Positions 39,755 through 48,176 of a stretch of DNA of 64,000 nucleotides are shown piece by piece. The notes below the pieces were generated by a model that saw nothing but the letters and a program-made list of their open reading frames with translations, did not search any database and had not been told where the DNA came from. The number at the start of each line of letters is the position of its first letter. Within the stretch, counting starts at the first letter, position 1. The stretch spans positions 1,920,001 through 1,984,000 of the forward strand of contig OZ245015.1 of assembly GCA_965223705.1 (NCBI GenBank). The letters are read 5' to 3'. The position numbers were made by a program, and so were the translations under genes. Source of the DNA: Myxococcota bacterium (GTDB lineage Bacteria; Myxococcota_A; UBA9160; UBA6930).

Positions 39755-39770
39755 TACAAGAGCTGTGCCA
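39755..39770 (-). promoter_or_regulatory. Putative sigma54 -24/-12 promoter
   Basis: Minus strand reads TGGCACAGCTCTTGTA (consensus TGGCAC-N5-TTGC), correct spacing, ~30 nt upstream of the V4R-STAS start, with an AGGAG RBS between. Confidence 0.6.
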
Positions 39771-40049
39771 CTCCTTCGCGAAATCGCTTTCCCCTTGTCT
39801 ATCGGACGGTTAGGCCTTTCATTGTGAATCTGTTTCGGCGGGGTGATTCCCGAGTTCGGGACGGCTCACCCGCAGCCCTTCGGTGCCTCTCCGGCAACTT
39901 GCGCAGCGCCCGCGCGCGTCTTTCGAGCGCACGGCGGCGAAACTCTCGGGTGGAAGGCCCCGGGGAGCGAGAGAACCCGGGTTCAGGTTTTGGGCTGCCT
40001 CTCGGTTGCGGGCGGGACGCGAGCGGGCGCGTCCCAATGCTGGCACGTC

Positions 40050-41132
40050 TCAGTTTTGGGACAGCCCGAGGCGCTCGCGGCGATAGCCGTGCGCCTGGAC
40101 GGCTTCGCACCAGGAGCGATGCTCGAGATACCACGCCACGGTCCGGGCCAGACCCTCGTCGAGTGCCGTGGTCGGCCGCCAGTCGAGTTCCGCTTCGATG
40201 TGGGCGGGGTCGATGGCGTAGCGGCGGTCGTGCCCGGGGCGATCCTCGACGAACGTCTTCAGGTCGTGATACCGACCCACAGCGGCCGCAGAAAGTCTCT
40301 CATTTTCGGCGGCGGGGAACGCGTTTTCGAGGGCATCGCACAACGCGTCGACCAACTCGAGATTCGTTCGCTCGTTGCGTCCCCCGACGTTGTACGAACC
40401 CCCGGGCTTGCCGGCATCGAGGACGCGCAGAATGGCGCGGCAGTGGTCCTCGACGAAGAGCCAGTCGCGCACGTTTTGTCCATCGCCGTAGATCGGCACG
40501 GGCCGTCCCTCGAGTGCGTTCAGGATCGTGAGCGGGATCAGCTTCTCGGGGAACTGGAAGGGACCGTAGTTATTGGAACAGTTCGTGAGCAGCGTCGGCA
40601 GACCGAACGTTTCGTGGTACGCGCGCACGAGATGATCCGCGCCCGCTTTGCTCGCGGCGTAGGGCGAACGCGGCGCGTAGGGCGTCGTTTCGACGAACAA
40701 ACCCTCGGCGGGCAGGGAGCCGAACACCTCATCGGTCGAAATGTGCAGGAAGCGGAAATCGTCCTCCTGGGCCGCGCCGCTCTGGACGAGCTCCCGACTC
40801 GCTTCGAGGAGCTCGAGCGTTCCCGATACGTTGGTGCGGACGAAGATCCTCGGGCCGTCGATCGAACGGTCGACGTGGCTCTCAGCGGCGAAGTTGATGA
40901 CCGCATTGGGAGGGAATCGGCGGAACACCGAGCTCACGGCGCCGCGATCGGCGATATCGCCTTCGATGAACGTGAGCCGCTCTTCGGCTTCGAGCTCGGC
41001 GAGGCTCTCGCGGTGGCCGGCGTACGTCAAGGCGTCGAGCACGACGATCTGATGGTCGGTCTCCGCCAGGGCGAGTCGCACGAAGTTCGCCCCGATGAAG
41101 CCCGCGCCTCCGGTCACGAGCCAGGTCGACAT
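40050..41132 (-). CDS. rfbB: dTDP-glucose 4,6-dehydratase
   Basis: VTGGAGFIG, DALTYAG, NFAAESHVDRSI, HISTDEVFG, SPYAASKA, FPEKLIP, DRPGHDRRY. Confidence 0.96.
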   Translation of the reverse strand: MSTWLVTGGAGFIGANFVRLALAETDHQIVVLDALTYAGHRESLAELEAEERLTFIEGDIADRGAVSSVFRRFPPNAVINFAAESHVDRSIDGPRIFVRTNVSGTLELLEASRELVQSGAAQEDDFRFLHISTDEVFGSLPAEGLFVETTPYAPRSPYAASKAGADHLVRAYHETFGLPTLLTNCSNNYGPFQFPEKLIPLTILNALEGRPVPIYGDGQNVRDWLFVEDHCRAILRVLDAGKPGGSYNVGGRNERTNLELVDALCDALENAFPAAENERLSAAAVGRYHDLKTFVEDRPGHDRRYAIDPAHIEAELDWRPTTALDEGLARTVAWYLEHRSWCEAVQAHGYRRERLGLSQN

Positions 41133-41137
41133 CGCGT

Positions 41138-42058
41138 CTAGACGTAGTTCCCGCTGCGGGTCTGCGGCAGGCGATTGTTCGCCTTGCGGAAGCGATCGAC
41201 TTCGTCGAGCAAGTCCTGTGTCGAGACGGGTCCCACCGGTTCGTCGATCGACTCCGTCCGCGCTTTTCGCCGCAACACGCCGTGCATGAGCTGGATCCAT
41301 TCGCCGGTGGACGGACCCCGGAAGCGCCGGACCACTTGCTCCCAGTCGACCGCTTCAAACAGCGACCGGCCCGCGCGCTTCTCGGCGCGTGCGGCATGGA
41401 TCTTCAGCGCCGCCACAATGTCGTCGGGGTACTTCGGCGTCACCTCGACCACGCGCTCAAAGCGCCCCGCCGAAAAAAATGCGGGCCTGAGGGTGTCCGG
41501 GTAGGCCGTCGAGCCCACGACGAGCACTTGCTCCGCCGCGATCGCGCGATCGACGAAATCGAGCATGAAATCCATGATGGGGCCGATCGGGAGATCGGTC
41601 CGTCGTTCGCCGATTTCCTTCGCTTGAGAGAACTCGAGCTCTTCGAAGTAGACCGTGATGTTCGGCATGTCGGCGAGTACATCGGTCCAGGCTTGGATGA
41701 GCTCACCCGCCTTCGTGCCGGAATGAACGATATCGAGCACCAGCTGCGGGACGCGAATGCGCAGGGAAGGCGTGTCCGCCCGGGTGGCCAAAGCCCGTGC
41801 CAGGAGGCCCTTGCCCACGCCGACGCCGCCGATGAGCAGCAGACCCGAGGGCGGGTGCGTCCCCCAGTTGGCGTAGACTTCCGGGTTCGTGATGGCGCAG
41901 GCGTAGGTGAGCACCTCTTCCTGCGCTTCCGCCAGCCCGCCGATGTCGTCGGGACTCACTTGTGGGTCGGCCAGAAGCACCGTCGCCCGGTCGAGGGCCG
42001 CGTGCTTGCGCGTCGCGCTCGTCCATAGGTTTTGTGCACGGATTCGGTGGTCGTCCAT
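41138..42058 (-). CDS. AAA+ ATPase-fold protein (classic proteasome/Cdc48-like clade) with degenerate catalytic motifs
   Basis: DDIGGL, PPSGLLLIGGVGVGKGLLARALA, VYFEELE, GRFERVVEV; start at MDDHRIR. Confidence 0.78.
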   Translation of the reverse strand: MDDHRIRAQNLWTSATRKHAALDRATVLLADPQVSPDDIGGLAEAQEEVLTYACAITNPEVYANWGTHPPSGLLLIGGVGVGKGLLARALATRADTPSLRIRVPQLVLDIVHSGTKAGELIQAWTDVLADMPNITVYFEELEFSQAKEIGERRTDLPIGPIMDFMLDFVDRAIAAEQVLVVGSTAYPDTLRPAFFSAGRFERVVEVTPKYPDDIVAALKIHAARAEKRAGRSLFEAVDWEQVVRRFRGPSTGEWIQLMHGVLRRKARTESIDEPVGPVSTQDLLDEVDRFRKANNRLPQTRSGNYV

Positions 42059-42089
42059 GGCGGGGAGGGTAGCGGCTATCCTCGGCCCC

Positions 42090-42719
42090 GTGTCCGTAGA
42101 ACTCACGCCGAGGGAAATCGCGAAGGGCCGCCGCTACTTGCGAAGCGCCGATCCCGTGATGGCGGAGCTCATCGCGAGAGTCGGACCCTGCAAGCTCGAG
42201 CCGAAAGGGCGCCCGTATCGCTACCTGATGCGCGCCGTCCTGCACCAACAGCTCGCCGTCGCAGCCGCGGCGAAGATCGAAGGACGCGTGCGGGCCCTCG
42301 GCCGCGGTCAGATTCCGGCGGCGGCGCGGATCCCGTCGATTTCCGATCAGGCCTTCCGCGAAGCCGGGCTGTCGCGTCAGAAGATCGCGGCATTCCGCTC
42401 GATCGCCGAAGCGTTCGAGAGCGGCCTCGTGCGACCCGCCGCCCTACCGCGCATGTCCAACGAAGAAGTGCTCGCGTGTGTGACCCAGATCCGCGGTGTC
42501 GGCGAGTGGACCGGCCACATGCTGCTCCTCGCTTCGCTCGGCCGTCGCGACATCCTGCCCGTGGGCGATTACGGCATCCAGAAAGCCGCCGAGAACGTCT
42601 ACGGCCTAAAGACGCTGCCGAAACGTAAAGAACTCGAGGCGCTCGCCGAACCCTGGCGCCCCTACGCCAGCATCGCGAGCTGGTACCTCTGGCGCTCCCA
42701 CGATTTGCCGGGCGCCTAG
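42090..42719 (+). CDS. DNA-3-methyladenine glycosylase (AlkA/Mag1-like, HhH-GPD)
   Basis: QQLAVAAA, GLSRQK, IRGVGEWT, DILPVGDYG, WRPY.S.ASWYLW. Confidence 0.9.
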   Translation: MSVELTPREIAKGRRYLRSADPVMAELIARVGPCKLEPKGRPYRYLMRAVLHQQLAVAAAAKIEGRVRALGRGQIPAAARIPSISDQAFREAGLSRQKIAAFRSIAEAFESGLVRPAALPRMSNEEVLACVTQIRGVGEWTGHMLLLASLGRRDILPVGDYGIQKAAENVYGLKTLPKRKELEALAEPWRPYASIASWYLWRSHDLPGA

Positions 42720-42751
42720 CTCGCGCCCTCGCCGGAACGCCCCCCGTTCGC

Positions 42752-42757
42752 CATAAT
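42752..42757 (+). promoter_or_regulatory. -10 element for tRNA-Glu with GC-rich discriminator
   Basis: CATAAT followed by CCGCGCCACC, 13 nt upstream of the tRNA. Confidence 0.45.
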
Positions 42758-42770
42758 CCGCGCCACCGGC

Positions 42771-42846
42771 GTCCCCATCGTCTAGTGGTCTAGGACTCCG
42801 CCCTTTCAAGGCGGCAACACGGGTTCGAGTCCCGTTGGGGACGCCA
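42771..42846 (+). tRNA. tRNA-Glu (anticodon UUC)
   Basis: GTCCCCA/TGGGGAC acceptor stem, CCGCC-CTTTCAA-GGCGG anticodon arm, GGTTCGAGTCC T-loop, encoded CCA; 76 nt. Confidence 0.97.
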
Positions 42847-43044
42847 ACTTTCATCACAATCTCATGTGCTCCGGCGACCGCCTTCGACGTGGTACCGGTG
42901 GGGCTATGCGCTCGCGTCCCCGCAACTCTTGATGCCACCGGATCGGTGGTCGACCCAAACCTGGGTCGTTAGGTTGCGCGATGGGGGGTGGGCCGATGTC
43001 TCGACCGCTCAGCCTGTTTGTCTCATGCCTTCTTCCTGCGCTGA

Positions 43045-43293
43045 CAGCTCGTCCGCGGATTCGAGTTCCACATCGACAGTAGATTCTCCGTCCTCAAGGG
43101 AGAGAAGGAAGTGCTGAACCGCGTCTACCACGGCGAAGGAGTCGGGCATTTCGCGCAGACTGCGCTAGGTGGCGCTTTCGCGATGAAGTCATCGATGAGA
43201 AAGACGACGAACGAGGCGATGCGGAACCTCTTTGAGCAGTTTCGCGAAGACCTCCGGAAGGAATGCACCGTCGTGCCGTGTTCGGATGAGTAG
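43045..43293 (+). pseudogene. Possible 5'-truncated gene remnant
   Basis: Protein-like frame QLVRGFEFHIDSRFSVLKGEKEVLNRVYHGEG...NEAMRNLFEQFREDL begins directly after an in-frame TGA (43042-43044). Confidence 0.35.
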
Positions 43294-43394
43294 CTGTCAA
43301 GCCCTCGCACCAACCCGCGGCGCTGGATCCGCATGCGGGGATTTCCCGGTATCGCGTTGACCTTCTCCCCCGCTTCGTGCGTACTACCCGGGCG

Positions 43395-43898
43395 ATGTAC
43401 TTCTGGAACCTCGAAGCGCTGAAACAAGAGTTACGCGCTGGTCACCTCGGCAATGAGGCCGCGCTCCGCTACCTGCTGTGGTACGGCGGCGTCGTTTTAG
43501 TGGCCTTCACATTCCCTTACGCGGATAGTTGGACCCACTGGGTCACGCCGGCGTGGCTGGCTGTGGAGATCCTGGTCTTCGTGCTGGGCACGCTCCGCGT
43601 CTACAGGTTGAACGGGAGCGCGTTGGGTACTGACTTTCTTGGGCGCTACGTCTCACTGAGCTGGGTGTTCGGCCTTCGCTTTATAGTTCTTGTGAGCATA
43701 CCGGCGACAGTGGCCCTCGTTCTGTGCGAGTCCATGGTTATCGGCGACGACGCGGAAGGCGATACCGTTCTCGGCGCGTTGGTCGGCATCGGCCTGTCGG
43801 CTGCCTACTATTGGCGACTCGGGGATCACTTCGAAGATCTTCGTGTCCAGGATAGGAGCGCGGACAGCAGTTTGGCCGGACCGCAATCGTTGGATTGA
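43395..43898 (+). CDS. Hypothetical integral membrane protein
   Basis: MYFWNLEALK start, about four hydrophobic helices, NG...G.DFL.RY.SLSWV segment. Confidence 0.7.
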   Translation: MYFWNLEALKQELRAGHLGNEAALRYLLWYGGVVLVAFTFPYADSWTHWVTPAWLAVEILVFVLGTLRVYRLNGSALGTDFLGRYVSLSWVFGLRFIVLVSIPATVALVLCESMVIGDDAEGDTVLGALVGIGLSAAYYWRLGDHFEDLRVQDRSADSSLAGPQSLD

Positions 43899-44132
43899 AG
43901 TGCACGGGCGCCGGTTCAAAGACCCGTGGGGCTCGCCTGATGTAACACCGTTTCCCGGTGGAAGAGCCCGCCGATACAACGCCCAGTACTGAACCAGACC
44001 CGAGCCTTGTTCGCCGCATTGCCGCGCCGCTTTCAAACGTGGTGCTAGTTGACTTGCCTTCTCTTTACCTTCTCTCTGGCCATCCCGAGGAGTATGCTCG
44101 TTCCATCATCTCCAATATCTAGGAGCAAACCA

Positions 44133-45893
44133 ATGGCCATGTTCGACACACTGATCAGACAGGGAACGATTGTCGATGGCACCCGCATGCCGAGGTACGT
44201 GGGCGACATCGGGATCAAGGACGGACGCATCGCGCGGATGGGAAAGTTGAACCCACGCGATGCGGATCGGGTGATCGACGCCGATGGACTTGTGGTGTGT
44301 CCGGGCTTCGTCGACCTGCACACCCACTACGACGCACAGCTCCACTGGGATCCCTACTGCACGATTTCGGGCTGGCACGGTGTGACGTCTGTGGCGATCG
44401 GCAACTGCGGCTTCGGCTTCGCTCCTGCGAAGCCCGAGCACCGCGAACGCCTGCTGCGCATGATGACGCGCACCGAGCAGATCCCCTACGAGACCATGGT
44501 CGCGTCGATGGGGCTCGACTGGGAGTGGGAAAGCCTTCCGCAGTGGATGGATCACCTGGATCGGATTCCCAAGGGCGTGAACGTCCTGAACTACGTGCCG
44601 CTCAACCCGCTTCTTGTCTACGTGCTGGGACTCGACGGTGCGAAAGACGGCCGCAAAGCGACACCGGAGGAGCTCGCGAGGCTGAAGGGCCTGCTCAACG
44701 AAGCCATGGACGCGGGCATGATGGGCTTCGGTGTGCAGCGCTTCGGCGTGAACTCCGTGCAGGCGGACTTTGACGGCACGCCGATGCCCACGGACGTGCT
44801 CCCGGACGAGACGCTGCTGGCGTTGTGCTCCGTGCTGGGGGAGCGCGGCGACGGCTTCATCCAAGTCGCGAACGCCACCAACGGTGACCCGATCAAGAAC
44901 AAGACGCCCGAAGACATCCTGTTCGTGGAGGAGATGGCGCGGGTTTCTCAACGACCCATTCTCTACAACGCGGTGATGGCGGTGGAGGAGGCGCCGAAAA
45001 TCCACCTGGAGGCCCTCGAGTGGCTGAAGAGCGCCAACGAGCGAGGGCTGCGGATCTTCGGTCAGGCGGTGTCGGTGCGAGCGCCCTTCCAGTTCACGCT
45101 GGAGCACTGGAACCTGTACGACTCCAGCCCGGCCTGGAACTACGCCACCCAGGGAAGCATCGAGGAGCGCATGCGCAAGCTGGCGGATCCCGACGTGCGT
45201 GCCCGAATGATGGCCGAAGACGAGGATCTGGTGACAGTGGGGGTCGGCGGGCCGATCGCGGGCGTCTCCGTGAAGGACACGCCGGGCCACCCGGAGCTGG
45301 CGAAGTACCACGGTCGCAAGATCGGTGACATCGCCAAGGAAGAAGGCAAGCACCCCGTCGAGGCCCTGGTCGACATCGGTCTCGCCGGTGAGCTGAAAAC
45401 CCTGTTCCTGACCGACGACATCGGCAGCACGGATCCCAAGAAGGTCGGCGCGCTGATCCGTGACCAGCATGTGATCCCGGGGCTATCCGATGGAGGCGCC
45501 CACACCAAGTTCTTCACGGGTGGCTCCTTCACAACGGACCTTCTCGCCTGGCTGGTTCGCGAGCGGGGCGAGCTGACCCTGGAGGATGCTCACTACCACC
45601 TGAGCTACCTGCCCTCACAGGCGGCCGGCTTCTCCGATCGCGGCTTCCTGCGCGAGGGGGCTCCCGCCGACATTGTGGTCTACGACTTCGAGAACCTGCG
45701 ACGGGTTCCCGAGCTCGACTACGAAATCGCTTGGGACTTCCCGGCTGACGAATGGCGCCGCATCCAGCGGGCCGAGGGCTACCGGCACATTTTCGTGAAC
45801 GGGGTCGAGACCTTCAGCGATGGCGTCTGCACCGACGAGACACCGGGCCAGCTGCTGCGGCTCCACCGTTGGCGCCAGAGCCAGGCGGCCTAG
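44133..45893 (+). CDS. N-acyl-D-amino-acid deacylase-like amidohydrolase
   Basis: IRQGTIVDGT, PGFVDLHTHYDAQ, GNCGFG, SDGGAH, GAPADIVVYD; AGGAG RBS. Confidence 0.9.
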   Translation: MAMFDTLIRQGTIVDGTRMPRYVGDIGIKDGRIARMGKLNPRDADRVIDADGLVVCPGFVDLHTHYDAQLHWDPYCTISGWHGVTSVAIGNCGFGFAPAKPEHRERLLRMMTRTEQIPYETMVASMGLDWEWESLPQWMDHLDRIPKGVNVLNYVPLNPLLVYVLGLDGAKDGRKATPEELARLKGLLNEAMDAGMMGFGVQRFGVNSVQADFDGTPMPTDVLPDETLLALCSVLGERGDGFIQVANATNGDPIKNKTPEDILFVEEMARVSQRPILYNAVMAVEEAPKIHLEALEWLKSANERGLRIFGQAVSVRAPFQFTLEHWNLYDSSPAWNYATQGSIEERMRKLADPDVRARMMAEDEDLVTVGVGGPIAGVSVKDTPGHPELAKYHGRKIGDIAKEEGKHPVEALVDIGLAGELKTLFLTDDIGSTDPKKVGALIRDQHVIPGLSDGGAHTKFFTGGSFTTDLLAWLVRERGELTLEDAHYHLSYLPSQAAGFSDRGFLREGAPADIVVYDFENLRRVPELDYEIAWDFPADEWRRIQRAEGYRHIFVNGVETFSDGVCTDETPGQLLRLHRWRQSQAA

Positions 45894-45907
45894 CTCGCTT
45901 GGCTCCT

Positions 45908-45938
45908 AGCTGGCAGGGGAAGCTTTCCCCTGCCGGCT
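45908..45938. terminator. Hairpin between convergent genes (probable bidirectional terminator)
   Basis: Perfect 10-bp stem GGCAGGGGAA-gct-TTCCCCTGCC, extendable by 4 bp. Confidence 0.6.
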
Positions 45939-45945
45939 GGAAGCT

Positions 45946-46422
45946 CTACCGCGGAGGCTCGGTGGCGACGCTGAGCTTCGCCTCGAAGTACTCGCGGAAG
46001 CGCGGGTCGAAAACGTCCTTCGCGCTGTCCCACCACGCGCGGACGCCAGGCGACTCACCGAGCCGATCGAACTGGCGGCTGTACGAACCCCAGATCTCCG
46101 CGCTGAGCTCACGGCGCTCGTTCAGGAAGAAGTAGCTCTGGTGGGCGATGAGGACGCCTTGCCAATGGCACCCGTACCGGAACTTCTCGACGGGTGCGAG
46201 CGAGTTGTAGTCCAGGCCGCCCTTCAGCAGGAGGTCGGCCAGTTCGCGGTTTTGCGCCATCGCACCGTACCCAGCCATCGCCTCGTCCGCTCCGGCGATC
46301 TCCGCGCTGGAGGTCAGCGCACGGGTGTTCTGGCGGATCTGGACGGCGAGGTAGGCAATGGTGAGGACCACGGCAAGTGCCCCAACGACTTCACCGATGG
46401 CTCCGACGGCTTCCCAGTTCAC
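45946..46422 (-). CDS. Small N-terminal-TM hypothetical protein, array copy 1
   Basis: NWEAVGAIGEVVGALAVVLTIAYLAVQIRQNT ... PGVRAWW...FDPRFREYF. Confidence 0.78.
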   Translation of the reverse strand: MNWEAVGAIGEVVGALAVVLTIAYLAVQIRQNTRALTSSAEIAGADEAMAGYGAMAQNRELADLLLKGGLDYNSLAPVEKFRYGCHWQGVLIAHQSYFFLNERRELSAEIWGSYSRQFDRLGESPGVRAWWDSAKDVFDPRFREYFEAKLSVATEPPR

Positions 46423-46538
46423 GGGTAACCTCGCGACAGATGGCCCTCGACCAACGGCTTGCAGGTTGTGTGTTGCTCGAACATTGCGAACACCTCGAAT
46501 ATCCCGGAAACCATCTCGTGAAGCAGCACGATCCGTGA

Positions 46539-47009
46539 TTACACGTCGATCGTCGACAAGATGCGTTTCTCGACGAACTCCCGGAACTCTGGAGTCAGAC
46601 TGAGCGGGTTTTCCTTCCACCACCTTCTCGCCCCGGGTTCCGAAAGCAGCGCCTTCATGGTCTTCTGCTCCGCGAGCCAGAGTTCTTCCTCTCCGGCCCC
46701 GCTGCGGCTCTGGTAGAAAATCGTCTCATGGACTCGGAAGGGCGCTAGAAACATGAACCCGTACTGAACGCGTTCTTGAGCGCTCAGTGATCCGAGGTCC
46801 CTGTTTCCCATTTCGAAGATCCGCGCGAGCTCCGGGTTGCCAGCCATCTGCAGGTTGATCGCATTGAACGAGTCGGTGATGGCGTGGAAGTTCGACGCCC
46901 GTGTGTCGCGCGTGTTTTGCCTGATCTGCAAACCGACGTAGACCAGCGACGCGACGACTGCGACACCTCCGATCAACTCCCCGATCGCCCCAAGCTCCAG
47001 GATGCCCAT
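46539..47009 (-). CDS. Small N-terminal-TM hypothetical protein, array copy 2
   Basis: ELGAIGELIGGVAVVASLVYVGLQIRQNT ... PGARRWWKEN..LTPEFREFV; GGAGG RBS. Confidence 0.8.
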   Translation of the reverse strand: MGILELGAIGELIGGVAVVASLVYVGLQIRQNTRDTRASNFHAITDSFNAINLQMAGNPELARIFEMGNRDLGSLSAQERVQYGFMFLAPFRVHETIFYQSRSGAGEEELWLAEQKTMKALLSEPGARRWWKENPLSLTPEFREFVEKRILSTIDV

Positions 47010-47079
47010 GTATTTGCCCTCCTCCGAGGGGCTGATAGCACCACATCGCGTACGGGTCGCGTGCTACGGAGAACCAGCC

Positions 47080-47192
47080 CTACGCGCCATCTGGAAAATG
47101 ACCAGCCGCGTAGGAATGAAAGGGCTCCGCAAACGTATGGCTGTTCTCGGCCCAGTACCTCCGCCAACCCGTGCGAGTTGTGCGAGGTCCAT
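47080..47192 (-). pseudogene. Internally deleted, frameshifted remnant of the same family (copy 3)
   Basis: ATG 47192 gives MDLAQLA, joined out of frame to GWRRYWAENSHTFAEPFHSYAAGHFPDGA*, which matches the family C-terminal motif. Confidence 0.6.
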
Positions 47193-47194
47193 GG

Positions 47195-47491
47195 CTACTC
47201 GTTTCCCGTTCGCGAAGCGTCGGAGAACACGGGGACGGCCGCTCCGGACGTGTCATCGATCAACGCTCGGAACCCCGGGGCGTATGCATTCCTCTGCTCG
47301 GCCCACCACGCCTGCGCTCCGGGCGCGGCAAAGATGCCTCGAATACGCATGGCCCAGGGCAGCCGCTGATAGCTCGCGGAGCGCGACGCCCGCGCGCTGT
47401 GCCGAACCTGGGCGGCGAGATAACCCAGGGTCGCAATCACGGCGACGCCCCCGACGAGCTCTCCGATCGCCCCGAGTTCCATGATGTTCAT
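47195..47491 (-). pseudogene. Internally deleted in-frame copy of the same family (copy 4)
   Basis: MNIMELGAIGELVGGVAVIATLGYLAAQVR...SASYQ joined to RLPW...PGAQAWW...PGFRALID; ~60 central residues of copies 1/2 missing. Confidence 0.65.
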
Positions 47492-47598
47492 ACCCAGTCC
47501 CTCCGTTTCAGGGGCTCATTGGACCACATCGGGTTCCTCTGCGCGTTCGCTGCCCCGGGGCGGCCGCGCTGGCAGGTCGTAGTGGTGCGGTCTGTTTA

Positions 47599-47630
47599 GC
47601 GAGCGGCGCAACAAAAGTTGCATCGCTCGC
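47599..47630. promoter_or_regulatory. Imperfect palindrome in divergent intergenic region
   Basis: GCGAGCGGCGCAAC-AAAA-GTTGCATCGCTCGC (12/14 arm match). Confidence 0.45.
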
Positions 47631-47663
47631 GTCCCGAGGCTCGAGTTGGCTGTCCGAACGCCG

Positions 47664-48176
47664 ATGAGTGTGGCAGGGTCTCGATTGGTGTTCGGTTGTT
47701 CGGCGAGTCGCTCGGTGTGGGGCACGGCCCTGGTTCTGGCGCTTCTGTTCGCGTCGGGTTGTTCGGTCTACATGGCCGCGAACCAACCGGGGAAGAAGGA
47801 CTTGAACGTCCTCGCAACCGGCACGAAACGCGTCACGGTCATCGGCGAGATCGGCGCGCCGATCCACTCCGAGATTCAAGACGGCAAGCGGGTCGACCTC
47901 TATGTCTTCCAGCAAGGCTTTTCCGAAGGCACGAAGGCTCTTCGGGCGTTCGGGCACGGCTTGCTCGACGTCGCCACGGTGGGAGCGTGGGAGCTTATTG
48001 GGACGCCGTACGAGGGTGCGACACGGGGCGACGAGATTCGCGTATTGGTGACGTACGACGATCAAGACCGCGTGCACAAGGTGAACTACTTGATCTCCAA
48101 CGCCGAGAGCGGAGACCTCCCGATCGATCGCCCGGAGGATCCGGCCGCCGAGGATGGATCGGGCGCTTCGCCGTGA
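47664..48176 (+). CDS. Putative lipoprotein (hypothetical)
   Basis: Lipobox ASGC then SVYMAANQP; GHGLLDVATVGAWELIGTP segment; exact start uncertain. Confidence 0.7.
   Translation: MSVAGSRLVFGCSASRSVWGTALVLALLFASGCSVYMAANQPGKKDLNVLATGTKRVTVIGEIGAPIHSEIQDGKRVDLYVFQQGFSEGTKALRAFGHGLLDVATVGAWELIGTPYEGATRGDEIRVLVTYDDQDRVHKVNYLISNAESGDLPIDRPEDPAAEDGSGASP

Noticed and set aside
39893..39950. Loose similarity to the middle of the 25.3/32.6 kb hairpin element (also CCCGCGGCGC at about 43314)
   Set aside because: Matches are short and GC-rich, with no arms or core; compatible with chance.
40050..41132. rfbB without rfbA/C/D as a horizontally acquired O-antigen locus
   Set aside because: Single gene with host-like codon style; split rml genes are common.
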